From positions 3,838,726 through 3,894,799 of the forward strand of contig NC_057752.1 in the NCBI RefSeq assembly GCF_004010195.1: 56,074 nucleotides of DNA, given 5' to 3'. Below, piece after piece: positions 1-12,668 of this stretch. Source of the stretch: Chiloscyllium plagiosum (lineage: Eukaryota). The translations under genes and the position numbers were made by a program. The stretch's first letter is position 1; each line of letters starts with the position of its first letter. A model generated the notes under the pieces. That model did not search any database and had not been told where the DNA came from. It was given only the letters and a program-made list of their open reading frames with translations.

Positions 1-490
1 CTGACCACTTCAACTCCCCCTTCCACTCCACCAAGGACCTGCAGGTCCTGGGCCTCTTCCACCGCTAAATCCTAGCCACCCCACACCTGGAGGAAGAACG
101 CCTCATCTTCCGCCTTGGGACCCTGCAACCATATGGGATCAATGTGGATTTCACCAGTTTCCTCATCTCCCCTCCCCCCCCCCCTCCCCACCTCATCCCA
201 GATCCAACCCTCTAACTTGGCACCGCCCTCTTGAACTGTCTTACCCGTCCATCTTACTTCCCACCTATCTGCTCCACCCTCCCCTCCAACCTATCAACAT
301 CACCCCCCACCTGCATCTACCAACGCCTATCCAGCTCCCTCGCCCTCCCTCCTACTTATCTCTCAGCCCCCTCCACCGCCCCACCCTCCAACATTCCTGA
401 TGAAGGGATTATGGCCGAAACGTCGATTGTCCTGCTCCTCGGATGCTGCCTGATCTCCTGTGCTTTTCTGGCACCACACTTTCGGACTCA
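1..490 (+). mobile_element. Penelope-like retroelement 3' fragment (GIY-YIG C-terminus plus 3' UTR with hammerhead motif), family A
   Basis: Frame from nt 3 reads DHFNSPFHSTKDLQVLGLFHR*ILATPHLEEERLIFRLGTLQPYGINVDF, the typical C-terminal half of a PLE GIY-YIG endonuclease. A C-rich UTR and CTGATGA...GAAACGTC follow. Runs off the window start. Confidence 0.8.
397..424 (+). ncRNA. Minimal hammerhead ribozyme motif (core intact, stem II weakened)
   Basis: CTGATGA-A-GGGATTATGGCC-GAAAC-GTC. Stem II has two mismatches relative to GGGC/GCCC in the sister copies. Confidence 0.6.
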
Positions 491-865
491 ATAAAAGCTC
501 AGCTCAGCACACTGGCATGGGACTGACTGCTGTAAATTTCAAGAATGTGAGGCCATTCACAAATCACCAGATTTACATAAGGCGTCTGTTAAGTGGTTTC
601 TTCATACTGAGTTCCTGAACAAGAGATTTAAATGGGCTGTCATAGGAAGATTTACAAATTGATTCTGCTCATCTGCAGTTTACAGAAACCTTTAGATTTC
701 AGCATTAGACATCTTGACAAAATTATGTATTCTATCAGGACTACATTACACAAACTGTTTGAAACTATTGTTGTTGAATCAGACTCCGAGTTACACCTGG
801 ACCCAGGATTTTCCAGGACTCTGGGTATGATTTATGCACCAGTTAGTCACCCAGTGTAAAGGTTA

Positions 866-1102
866 TTAATTTAAAAAAACTTCAAAGGACGACATCTCTA
901 TAGCACATATCACTACCTCAGGATATTCCAAATCACTTTGCAGCCAATGACTGGTATCGGAAATGAGGCCACTGTTATTAAATAGGAAATGTGGCCCTGA
1001 AAATACACAGCAAATTCCCATAACATGATGATAATCAGAGCATTTTTTAATGGTTCGTTGAGGACTAAATATTTGTGACAGGGGATAACTCCCCTGCTCA
1101 TC
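866..1102 (-). mobile_element. SacSINE1/DeuSINE-like SINE fragment
   Basis: The reverse complement resembles the Deu-domain/3' part (GAGCAGGGGAGTTATCCCC...CATTGGCTGCAAAGTGATTTGG). Confidence 0.55.
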
Positions 1103-1114
1103 CACAAAACACAG

Positions 1115-1560
1115 GTGTCGTGGTAGTGTCATTGGACTGGTCAACTAAAGCCCCAGACTGATATTCTGAGGTGTGATTCCAAATGCCATTGATGAAGATG
1201 GCGACGTTTAAAAAGAATAAAGTCTGGAATTAAAAGGTGACATAATGGTACTATGTATCGCTGTTAATGGTGATAAAACCCCATCTGATTCACTTTTTTT
1301 TAATTGATTCATGAGATCTGGGCAGCGCTGGCTGGCCAGCATTTATTGCCCATCCCTTTGAGAAGGTGGTAGTGAGTTGCCTAATTGAACTGCTGCAGCC
1401 AATGTGCTATAGATAGACCCACCATGCCCTTCAGGAGAGAGTTAAATCCTTTAGGAAAGGAAATCTGGCGTCCCTACCTGGTCAGGCCTAAATGCAACTC
1501 CAGAAATATGGTTGACTCTTAACTGCCCTCTAAAGTTACCTAAAAAGTCACTCAGTTGTA
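1115..1560 (+). mobile_element. tRNA-derived SINE, interrupted by an antisense CR1-tail fragment (~1292-1440)
   Basis: Shares AAAACCCATCTGATTCAC...AAGGAAA..TG.C.TCC.TACCTGGTC.GGCCTA with the copies at 52710-53035 and 23350-23690. Confidence 0.6.
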
Positions 1561-1639
1561 CCAAACTATTCCAAAGGCTTAAAAAAAGGAACAAATCTGG
1601 ATTGACCACCCTACCTCAACCTAACCACAATGACCAGTC

Positions 1640-3130
1640 CTGCAAAGTCCTCCTTACCAACATCTGGGGGCTTGTGTCACAATTGGAAGAGTTGTCTTAC
1701 AGATGAGTCAAGCAACAGCCTGATGTTGTCATATTCACAAAATAACACCTCACAGAACATGCCCCAGGCACCATCATCGCCATCCCTGGATATGTCCTGT
1801 CGCACTAGCAAGACAGGAAGTTGTGGCACAATGGTACACAGTCGGGAGGGAGTTGCCCACTAAGTCCTCAACATTGATTCTGGACCCCATGAAGTCTCAT
1901 GGCAAGGAAACCTCTTGCTGATTATCACATCCCACAACTCCCTCAGCTGACGAATCAGTTCTCCTCTGTGTTGCACAGCACTTGGAGGAAGCGCTGAGAG
2001 TGGCAAGGGTGCAAAATATTCTCTGGGTGGGGAACTTCAATATCCAACACCAAGAGTGGCTTGGCAGCAACATTACTGATCGAGCTGGTTGACTCAGAAG
2101 GGATATATCTGCTACACTGGGTCTGGGGCAGGTGGTGAGAGCCAAGAAGGAAAAATTTATTTGACCTCATCTTGATTAATTAATCTGTTGCAGATCCATC
2201 TATCCACGACAGTATCAGTAGGAGTGACCACTGCACAGTCCTTGTGGAGACCAAGTCCTGCCTTCACATTGAGGATTCCTTCCACCATACTGTGTGGCAC
2301 TATCATCTGCTAAATGAGACGATCTTTGAACAGGAACTGAAGACTGGGCATCCATGAGGCACTGCGGGCCATAAAGAGCAGCAGAATTGTACTCCAGCAC
2401 AACCTGTAACCTCATGGCCTGGCATATCCCCCACTCAATCATTACCATCAAGCTAGGGGGTCAACCCTGGTACAATGGAGAGTGGGGGAGGGCATGCCTG
2501 GAGCAGCATCAGGAATACCTGAAGATAAGATGTCAACCTGGTGAAGTTACCAAACAGGACTACCTGCATGGCAAACAGCATAAGTAGCAAGTGGTAGACA
2601 GAGCTAAGTAATCCCACAACCGATGGATCAGATCCAAGCTGACAATCAATCCTGAATGGTGGTGGATAATTCAAACAATTAATAGGAGGGGGGAGAGGAG
2701 GAGGCTCCATACACATCTGAATCCCCAATGATTGGGGAGCCCAAAGCATCTGTGGAAAAGACCAGGCTAAATTATTTGCATCCGTTCACCCAGAAGTTCC
2801 AAGTGGATGATCCATCCCGGCCTCCTCCAGAGATCCCCAGCATCAAAGATCCAAGTCTTCAACCGATTCAAGTCATTCTACATGATATCAAGAAATAACT
2901 GAAAACTCTGGACACTACAAAAGCTATGGGCTCAACAACATTCCAGCAACAATGCTGAAGACTTGTGCTCCACAATGAGCCATGCCCCTAGGCTGCTTCA
3001 GTGCAGCTACAACACTGGCATCTACCTGATATGTCCTGTCACAAAAAGCAGGACAAATCCAATCTGACTTATTACCAGCCTATCAATCGACACACCGTCC
3101 GTAAAGTGATGGAAGGTGTCATTAAGAGCT
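1640..3130 (+). mobile_element. Decayed CR1-clade LINE ORF2 (AP endonuclease through start of RT)
   Basis: Motifs LLTNIWGLV, ILWVGNFNI and SDH, then YYQPI and KVMEGVI. Many stops and frameshifts. Colinear with the copy at 26935-30295. Confidence 0.8.
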
Positions 3131-3599
3131 GCCTGCATGATAGCGGCAGCCTTGTTGGGAGCTGCTATCATGCTAAACAGTGCAGGCAGCTCATCAGAGA
3201 GTCAGCAAGGTTAGCAGGGCTGGAAGGAGCTGTGCAAAAAAACTGAAAGCTCAGATCTCTCACCAGCTCAAGTAGGCAATTAAAAAAAAAAGTTTTAAGA
3301 TAAATAAACATTATTTGACTGCACGGCAGACTGACAACTGTGCATTTTTGTGTCCCAGACTGTTCAGTTTAGCAGAAATAAAGTTCAAAATTCAACTCTG
3401 AATTGGATAGTGTGGAATAAAGGGTTAATTATAGCACAGAATAGCTTTTCAATAAAACAAACTCAATGGATGAAATTTTCCCACCGTAGTCCCTCTTGGA
3501 ATAACGGGACCACATTTGGATGTGGAACCTAATGCACTGAGTTGTACGCTCAGCTCTTTACCAGACCAAACTAATTGGCATCCTGCCTCCAGGTTTCCT

Positions 3600-3790
3600 G
3601 ATGTTGGCATTCCCTGGCAAAGCATGCCTCCTTGGTCCACTGGAAAAGCGATCTACTTCTAGGAGACTGCACATATCAGCAGCAACTTGCATTGATAGCC
3701 TGGGGCTTCTGAGGCAGTGGTATTGCAGACAATTCAAGAGAGCTGATCCCCTACCTGTAGCCTCTGTGTTGAGGATTTCACCTTCTTCGA
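3600..3790 (-). mobile_element. PIF/Harbinger (HARBI1-like) transposase N-terminal relic
   Basis: ORF 3558..3833(-) contains YHCLRSPRLSMQVAADMCSLLEVDRFSSGPRRHALP, resembling the Harbinger pattern C.RRLRLSR..V..IC..L...L.....HALPV. Confidence 0.6.
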
Positions 3791-4231
3791 GCTGAATCTC
3801 AGTATCCATACCCTCTGCCCTGGGCAGGAACATGCATCTGAGGAAAGGCAGCTGGTATTGCTACTGGAGTTCCTCCTGCTGCTGTTAGAACAGGTCATGG
3901 TGATTTAGCTTTTGTTCAGGCCCCTCAGCAGAGGTGGGAAGTGGAGCTGCTACCATGCTGCAGTGATGGCACGCAACAAGGAGTCACAGCTGTACATGAG
4001 TGAAAATGCTAGACAGGTGAAGCACCTTTCAAAATGTTGGCAACTGCCAAGCATAGAGTCTGTCTGAGAGAAGGAGCAGTTTGAATAGGTGGTCATTTCT
4101 GGTGCCCTTCAGTATCACCTATCAAAGCTTTCCCAGTTCCACTGAAGAAGCTCTTCATGCTGTGCACTTATCTCAGTGACCCTGGCATCAGGTCAGAAAA
4201 CATGGCCCCTGGCTGGGAAATATAGGATGTG

Positions 4232-4342
4232 GATATTTTCTAATCAATCTGTTCAGAGATATTCTGGCACACCTATGGAACAGGTGGGACTTGAACCCAG
4301 GCCTCCTGGGTAGGGAAACCATCACTGTGCCACAAGAACATT
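4232..4342 (-). mobile_element. Short (~110 nt) tRNA-derived SINE
   Basis: B-box-like GGGTTCAAGTCC on minus and A-rich end (GATTAGAAAA). About a dozen related copies in the window. Confidence 0.6.
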
Positions 4343-5269
4343 CAAATCCAGGATTTGTGGTGAAAACAACTCATAATTGCCTTAATCAGCCTCAACGACT
4401 GCTGATTTACTTCATCCAACAGATCCAGCAGTTTCCCACTTGCCTCCAATCTGACACCAGGGAAAACCAGAAACAAGCACAACGGTACGGGATTCCAATC
4501 CAGTATCAATTTGCATGACTTCCCTGCCCCTGCTGACAATGGAAACCATGGCCACAAGGCTGAGGAAATTCCGACTAATGTGTTTGAAAGTGTTCAGCAT
4601 CGAAGAACCTTAGTAAAGCCCGTTTTCTTATTTGTTTTGCTAACAATTGATGTGATGATGTAAATCATATTGAAATTCGCTCGCCAGTTATTTCATTGTG
4701 ACTTAAGAGGTGATCCAGTTCCTTCCCTTCTCTCACATACACCTTTTTCTCCATGAAAACAAAGCCCTCTTAAGCAACAATCATTGGCAGCCGTTAAATA
4801 TTATGTGCCTGACAGAATGTGCAAAGTTGTTGACTATAGACAACAGTATTTGGCCTTAATGTCATATTTGTACCAGCTTTCAGACAACCTGCCAAGCCAA
4901 AGCTTCGGTTATACTCTTAAGAGAAGACCTCTAACAGCAAAAGATGCCATTTCTTAGTGATTAGCAGGAGAGAGTGAGTGGCAGCGAGAGAGAGACAGGA
5001 CACATGCAGCTTTAATCTTCAGAAGACTGCACTGATGTAAATAGTTCTGTTTACTGTTGTTGCTACAGCTGATGGCTAATGGAACCTTTACAGTCCCTAA
5101 CCCTATGCAGCATTTAAAACGCTTTAACATTTTACACAGATTTAGAAACTTGCAGGTTCGGTCACTGAGTCTGTGCTGAGTTAATGTGTCTGAGTGAGGT
5201 TGACAACAGGCCAGTATAATTAACTTTCAATGTTCCTGGGTTAGGCCAATGTGTTCACATAATTCTTTT

Positions 5270-5478
5270 TTTTTTGGGACTTGAACCTCCTTGCTCAGAG
5301 ATCGGGACATTACCATTGCATTACACAAGACCCACAGTGATCCTTTTCTTAAAACTAACCTATTTTTCTAATCAACCTGCACAGAGATGTTATTATGCAC
5401 CTCTGGAGCAAGTGGCACTTGAATCCAGACCTCTCTGTTCAGGAGTAGGGGCACTACCACTGCACCACTAGAGGCCCC
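5270..5478 (-). mobile_element. Tandem pair of the short tRNA-derived SINE
   Basis: Two head-to-tail copies containing ACTTGAA.C...CTCAGAG/TTCAGGAG...CA.TACCA.TGCA. Confidence 0.6.
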
Positions 5479-5523
5479 TTACTCACATGAATTTCAGAGA
5501 CAGACAGGACTAGTTATAGTCAA

Positions 5524-5755
5524 TTTTCACGCAGAGGGTGGTATGTGTATGGAATGAGCTGCCAGAGGAAGTGGTGGAGGCTGGTACAATTACAGCATTT
5601 AAAAGGCATCTGGATGGGTACATGATTAGGAAGGGTTCAGAGGGATATGGGCCAAGTGCTGGCAAATGGGACTAGATTGAGTTGAGATATCTGGTCGGCA
5701 TGGACGAGTTGGACCGAAGGGTCTGTTTCCATGCTGTACACCTCTATGACTCTAA
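5524..5755 (+). mobile_element. CR1-type (HER1-like) LINE 3' end
   Basis: Reads FTQRVVCVWNELPEEVVEAGTITAFKRHLDGY, then a 3' UTR ending CTCTATGACTCTA. Confidence 0.85.
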
Positions 5756-6524
5756 TTAGGCTGCTCACCACCAGGAACAGTGAGCTATTGGCTAACTTGC
5801 AGAAAGCAATTGCCAACCACCGAACTCTCAGAAGCTGGCATCTGGGCAAACAAGTATCAGAAGCCTCAGGAGAAAATTGGTAAGAAAGGGATTTTTTAAA
5901 CTCTTGCACTTGGATCATGCAAACATTAAAACACACTTTATGTTCTGCCATTCTACTTAGCTCAACTTTCAACACCTTGTCTCTTCTGTCTTAATCCATA
6001 AATGATTCATCAGGTTTTGATCCCTTGTTTCAGTTGAGTTACATTTGTAGTTCGGAATAGGAAGCAATTATCAGGATCACACAGTTACTCAGTATCTTGT
6101 TGACTCCTGCTGGAAGCAGATATGTGGGTAAACATGATGGCTCTATTGCAATAGTCTCCTAGATCATAGTAGTATTACTGAAAGATTAGCTGCTTGTATA
6201 AGGCTACTGAGGCCCACTTCTTTCCTGAGAACTGCACCTCCCTACATGAGAAAAAAGGTTCAAGGGGGTAATGTCTCTGCCTTTTAAAGCATTCATCCTG
6301 TCAATATTTAGTGTCTCCTGTCAATGTTCAGCCAGCAGGAAACTCTCCTCCCCGTTTGTTGGGAGGGATCAACCCTCCCACCCCGCCCCCTTCCCCACAC
6401 AGTTTGACCATTCACTATCAGAAAACAGAGAGCTAATAAAACTTTCTAAATGTATGTCAATAGGATCAAGTGATAAAATGTTAAGTACTTCACCTCGTGG
6501 TCTTTTGGGTAGACTCAAGCCCCA

Positions 6525-6640
6525 GGGCTCTTGTGGTGCAATGGTAGTATCGCCAACTCTGAACCAGGAGACATGGGCTCACATCTCACCTGTTTCAGAG
6601 GTATGTCATGGCATTCCTAAACAGATTGATTGGAAAAACA
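6525..6640 (+). mobile_element. Short tRNA-derived SINE
   Basis: GGGCTCTTGTGGTGCAATGGTAG head and AACAGATTGATTGGAAAAA end. Confidence 0.55.
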
Positions 6641-7929
6641 TTGAGCAGTCAAAATCCTTCAACCGTTCTGACACACTGTAAGATACATTTAGATCATGAT
6701 GGCCTCCTTGGTTGAATATACCATCTATACTAAACATCCCAAGGCAAATATGAAATTGGGTAAGGAGAAGATCGTTGGTGTCTGTGGAACTGTTCTCCAG
6801 TAAGGGTCAGAGCCTTCAAGAGGAAGGGGAGTAAACTGGGCAAGCAAAACCATATGCATTATTTCTTCGCCAATTTGCATTGTTCATTTGATGCTGACTT
6901 GGAGGACAAAGCTGGGTTTGTCAGTTCAGTGCCTCATGGAACAGATGCAGCTTAGGAAACCTCTTGGATAGCAGCCACTGACTTCAAATCAGAAGCATTT
7001 CCTCATAAAACAAAGCATTTTGCAGAGTTGACTGTTGCATTTCAGCCAGCCTTCTCTCGATCATTTCCCTCTACTCTTTTCAAACACTGCTCTAATTTCA
7101 TGCTATGAATATTCTACTAAACTGGTTAATTTGGTGTTTAAACAACACAAAATACTTACCTTGTTTTGACAGTGCAGTTCGATGTATTTGCATCAATGGT
7201 TAATGGAAGGGACAAACATCATGCTGCCTTTTGAATGAAGGATAAAATGGGAGTATTGACATAGATACACATTGGATGTATTTTGCTTATTCGGCTCTGG
7301 TGCAAAGTTACACCCAGTGGATTTTAGTTACGCATGGTAGTGGTTGGTTCACATGCTACATTAGAGGAGAGAGTTTATATGGTCATGCTTCTGACTCACT
7401 ATAAATATCTGAAGGCAGACCTCAGAAGGATCATTAATGGGCCACATTCGCTTCCATCGGCAATGTCTGGCCCCATCTGAAACCATTCATCTCTATATCC
7501 ATTATGCTTGAAACTCAATGTCAAGAATTTATTATGCTCCTTCAGACTTTTGGAAACTTCCGCAAGGTTACCTCAAAGTCACTTTTTTCTAATAACCATA
7601 ACCTTCCTTTATGTAGCACCTTTCACAAAATAAATCACTTTAAGGCACTTCATAAGTGATTATCAAATTAAATTTGTTACAAAGGGATATTTCAGTGTGA
7701 ACATGCCCAGTATCCCTACCATTTCTCCCAACTTAGATTCCCGGGACTCAATATCATTGTTGTTCTTTATTGCATCCTCAATGCCAATAATATCCTAAGA
7801 TCATCTGAATTATTCATGCTTTGTAGAATATCCATTGCACTACCCCGATATGATTCAGCTTGAGAACAATACAGATCTTTATAGGCAATAGTCTGAGTAA
7901 CCTTCCCTGAGTTTGTCACAGACAGTCAG

Positions 7930-8200
7930 GCTTACGTTTCAAGGTGAGAGGAGAGAGATTGAAAAAAGATAAGAGGCAAACTTTTTACACAGAGGCTGGT
8001 TCACATGTGGAATGAACTTCCTGAGGAAGTAGTAGACGTGCGCACAATTACAACATTCAAAAGATATTTAGATCAGTACATGAACAGGAAGGGTTTAGAG
8101 GGAGCAGGCAGTGGGACTAGTTTAGTTTGGGATTAGGGTCGGCCTGGACTGGTTGGACTGAAGGGTCTGTTTCCGTGCTGTATGATTCTGTGACTCCATC
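7930..8200 (+). mobile_element. CR1-type LINE 3' end
   Basis: WNELPEEVV motif and GAAGGGTCTGTTTCCGTGCTGTATGATTCTGTGACTC tail. Confidence 0.8.
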
Positions 8201-8469
8201 GCTGAGACTCAGTGACACAACAATTCATGTTGCAAAAGCCGAGGGAGTGGAAATGATGTGACAAACCAAAAAGAAGTGTCCAGCTGAGGTGTAAATAGCT
8301 GAATAGCAATCATCCAAATGCAGAGTAAAAGAATTAAAATGGTTTTTCAAGGTGTGAATGTGCATCGCATCAAGGATGGTTCCTGGCTGAGCCAAAATGA
8401 CCTGAATCTGGAAGTCCCAAACTTGAACCTACCATTTTCACCAGGGCAGGGAAGGAGGACAGGTTGCAT

Positions 8470-8580
8470 TTTGCACAAAGAAAAACAGAAATGGCTGGAA
8501 AAGCTCAGCAGGTCTGGCAGCACAACTGTGGAGAGGAATCAGAGTTAATGTTTCGGGTTGAGTGACCCTTCCACAAAACT
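8470..8580 (-). mobile_element. PLE-derived 3' UTR fragment with degenerate hammerhead motif
   Basis: Minus strand reads ...GGAAGGGTCACTCAACCCGAAACATTAAC...CTGCCAGACCTGCTGAGCTTTTCCAGC. Confidence 0.5.
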
Positions 8581-9324
8581 GCTTTGCAGTTTAGGGAAGC
8601 AATTGCACACGTTAAAGTACAGCTGCCTTCAGTCCGATCCAACCTAATGGGATGTCCTAAACATTAATTGCGTCCTTTCGACCTTTCAGGAGAAAGTCTA
8701 AAGTTTGTAGAGTCCTTTGAAGACATAGGGTACCTCTTGGATAGGTCCAGGGACACCTATAAGAAAGGCAGATTGCCATTTGGGAGAGGTCAAGTATCCT
8801 TTGGATTTGTTAAAAGTATAAAATCATCAGAACAGTCAAGTTCATAAGCACTATTAAGCTGTCAAGGCATTTAAATGTACTAGTCTTTAAATTTTTGAAA
8901 ATAACAGTGAAAACATATATCAGTGCTTTTTACTTCATGCTATCTGTTGACATAAAGGTTAGGGCAATCATTAAAGAATTTGTGCTGCGAGACTGATTTC
9001 ACAGTGGTATGTTGATTGGTTCACCGTTTGAGTGACAGCTTCCAATGCTTATGAGCTTTTTGAACTGGGCTATGAATACAAATATTTGTTTGAGAGGGGA
9101 TTGAGTGGTTGAAGGGTGTTAAATGTAGTGACTGGGATCTTGTCGATGAGAGTGCATTTTATTTTAATGCAGTGAATCTATCAATAAACACTTGGACCAT
9201 TATCTTGTTTCATCTCAGCACAGGTCCTGAGGTCTGCCCATGGTGGATATTGGGTGAGTTGGCAAGGAGGGCAAAGGTTGGTGGGTGGGCCAATGATTAG
9301 CATGAGTTGGTACTCAACTGGTAC

Positions 9325-9422
9325 TTCCTGATGAAGGGCTCATGCCCAAAACGTCGATCCTCCTGCTCCTCGGATACTGCCTGACTGGCTGTGCTTTTCC
9401 AGTGCCACCCTTTTTGACTCTA
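9325..9422 (+). mobile_element. PLE family A 3' UTR fragment with hammerhead motif (GAAA mutated to AAAA)
   Basis: CTGATGAAGGGCTCATGCCCAAAACGTC at 9328-9355, followed by the same tail as 425-490. Confidence 0.7.
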
Positions 9423-9914
9423 AGCTGGCACAGGGCCTACAAAGGACCATTGTGATGAGTAGAATGGCAGAGGTTGGCACATGAAGTATGAAGAGTTAAG
9501 GGGGTTGGGTAGAAGGGAATGAGGTGGCATGGGTTGACATGGAAATTTGGAGAGCTGTTTTTGTTCTTTTCTTTTCCAATACTGGGACAAGAGCACCAAG
9601 ATGGCCTTTCCCACAGCCAGCCCCCACAGATGGCAGCTGATCTGGCTGCTCCTTTTGGGGAGGGGGGTGTGATCTGATTCCTACGAGCCCCTGCCCACCC
9701 AAACAAAAACCGAAATCTCTGGGGTACTTTCTCCCAGATTGGGTTTTCGGATCTGGGAACTTACCTGAATCTGCGCTGCCAACTCAGGGTTTGAAAATGC
9801 AAGCTAAAATGTTTTCATATTCTGTTCCAATTTGATTGGGGAGATGAATTTTATTTTTGTACAGTAGTTTTATTTCTTCACTTGTTGCCTGTGGGACTCT
9901 GTTCCATTAAGCAC

Positions 9915-10705
9915 AAGGGCATTTGGCCCATATCCCTCCAAACCCTTCCTATTCATATACCCATCCAGATGCCTTTTAAATGTTGCAATTGTACCAGCCT
10001 CCACCACTTCCTCTGGCAGCTCATTCCATACATGCACCACCCACTGTGTGAAAAAGTTACCCCTTAGGTCCTTTTTAAATGTTTTCCTTCTCACCCTAAA
10101 CCTATGCTGTCTAGTTCTGGACTCCCCTACCCTGGGGAAACGACCTTGGCTATTCACCCTATCCATGCCCCTCATGATTTTATAAACCTATGGCTCAAAC
10201 CTTCCAACCCAGCAATATCCTTGTAAATCTTTTCTGAACTCTTCCAAGTTTCACAACATCTTTCCTGCAGCAGGGAGACCAGATTGAATGCAGTATTCCA
10301 AAACTGGCCTAACCCCATGTCCTGTACAGAGGAAACATGACGTCCCAACTCCTATATTCAATGCACTGATCAATAAAGGCAAGTGTACCAAACACCTTCT
10401 TCACTATCCTGTCTACCTGCAACTCCATTTTCAAGGAATATGAATCCACTCTCTTTGTTTGGCAACACTCCCCAGGACCTGACCATTAAGTGTAAAAGTC
10501 CTGCCCTGATGTGCCCTACCAAAATGCCGCACCTCACGTTAATCTAAATTAAACTTCATCTGCCAATCCTCTGCCCATTTGCCCATCTGATCAAGATCCC
10601 GTTGTACTCTGAGGTAACCTTCTTTGCTGTCCACTACATCTCCATTTCAGGTGTAATCTGCAAACTTATTAACCCCCACCTTCTATATTAACATCCAAAT
10701 AATTT
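9915..10705 (-). mobile_element. CR1-type LINE 3' portion (RT C-terminus)
   Basis: ORF 9870..10175(-) has RGNFFTQWVVHVWNELPEEVVEAG. The region near 10650-10670 reads KFADYT (decayed FADD). Confidence 0.85.
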
Positions 10706-10764
10706 ATCCTGTGGTGTCTCAACCAAGTGAATATTTTTTGTATAAACGATTACTGGTATGATTA

Positions 10765-10848
10765 CTTGGGTTGGGATATCTGGTCGGCATGGACGAGTTG
10801 GACCGAAGGGTCTGTTTTCGTGCTGTACATCTCTATGACTCTATGACT
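10765..10848 (+). mobile_element. CR1-type LINE tail
   Basis: GGACCGAAGGGTCTGTTT...CTCTATGACTCTATGAC. Confidence 0.8.
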
Positions 10849-11949
10849 TTATGGTAACAGACTATTTAACCATATGGAAGAGCATCAGGGCGTAGACTGA
10901 TCCTTAGCGAATGTCTATCTATGAGCACTTTCCAGAACGAGTGACTGGAGAGTAGACAAAAGCAGGGAATCCTGGCTTCTTTCTTTCTCACTTGATCTCC
11001 CAAGCCAAGGAGAACGGACAAACATGAGATTATTAATCAAATGTGATATGTTAAATGAACTCTAAGACTAGTACCCAAATCTGCTCCTGAAAAACCAAGC
11101 TTTAAATAGAGATTAAAGAAAGTTAATCTAGCAAATTATTTCATTTTCTTTTCTTAAAGAATTAAGGGCAATATGGTTTTATAAATTAAAAGAAAATTGG
11201 AGTTAAAATGAAACATAAATAAAAATAAATGGGAAATATTAGAAACAGTACTTATCTGTACTTTGCAACTTTAAAAGCCCCAAAAGATTATTTGAAATCC
11301 CTTTATGACAGTTTCTTGGATGCAGTTGAATGAACACCCATTACTGTCGTGAAGCATTATTTCCAACGTTCCTGCAGTGTAATTTCCTTAGTCTTTGCTA
11401 GCACGATGCATTTATCATGAGAAGTTAATGCAGGTAATATACCTGTCAGAGAAAAATATAAAAGAAATCCCAAATGCACAGAGGAGATAAGAAAGGAAGC
11501 TAAAAATGGACAACTCCTAATTCTGCGGTTGTAAGCAAGACCCAGGTGTTAGATTATAATCTTCCACTCGACAAAGATAATGCATTATAAGAGATTTTGG
11601 ACTGTGTAGTTTAAACCCCTGAAGAGCAAGCAGACCATTTAACAAAGGCTACCACTTTTCAAGAATTTACTTCAGCCTCCCTCGCTGATCTCAACATTGA
11701 TAAATGCAGGTAAATTATCAATAAACTGCTTATTTTTCATTTGAGTAATCTGCCTTAAGGAGGGCATTGTTAAGGAGGGAAAGCATTGTCTGGTGAGTGA
11801 TCAAATCTAAGTTGGCAATTAGACTCGTGCATTATGCAGTCACCACAGATAAGAGAACTCCAATGTCACAATGCACATCAGGAATGAACCAGGTTCAATT
11901 CTCAGACTGATAACTGGTCTAATTTAGGATGGTAATAGATCTACTTCAG

Positions 11950-12668
11950 TTCAACTCTGGCAGGTGGGTGCAGGGTGTAAAATTAGATGTGACGCCATGG
12001 GTAGCTTTCTTGACGCTACTTCCCCACCCTCAATCCTGCCTGATTTTACACTTGGTGGGGAGCCGTTGGGCAGTCTACCCACCCTTTGGACAATAGAGGT
12101 TCTTATGGTCAACTGCAGATTACTTATAGGCTTTTCCTCTGCCACCCTCCCCAACATAATTTTTCCCATGGCCAATAGAGAAAGGAACTAGGTTCGGAGG
12201 CCATTAGGTCCCACTCTCAGGCTACTGTTGAGAAAAGGAAAGTTTATCCTTTGGGGGCCTCCAGGCTCATCTGAGTCATCCCTTTGCCCCCATCAAGATC
12301 TGGATGCAGACAGACCAGGATTCTTGGAGGTTGGGATCTCCGAGCCTGGCCCCAACAAGACCTCTCTCCTCCCCCCCTCCCCGCTCCCTTATCTTTCCAT
12401 CTGGCTCCAGTGATGAACTTTACTGGGCACTGTATGTAGTCCCAGCAGCTCCCACGATATTGCTGGGACCACAAAGTTGCCAGCCAGTGGACTGACCAAA
12501 AGCTCTCAGAGGCAAGACGTCTCCAGTTGGTGGTGGAAGTCTTGTCCTGAGCCAATTCCTCCAAGTGTCAAAAGGCTGTGAGTAACCCTTTGGAGCAGGG
12601 GAGGCTGGCACTTGGGCTCTTTGCTGAGGGCACGAGGGATTCCTGTCAATCCATAAAATTCTGTCCAA
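11950..12668. repeat. GC-rich interspersed repeat, possibly a non-autonomous Harbinger-like relic
   Basis: Abrupt GC-rich block ending in TAAAATTCTGTCC, which resembles a Harbinger-type terminus. No coding motif recognised. Confidence 0.3.

Noticed and set aside
7152..7161. ATACTTACCT, identical to the 5' end of U1 snRNA
   Set aside because: The match stops after 10 nt. It is better read as a minus-strand splice-donor consensus.
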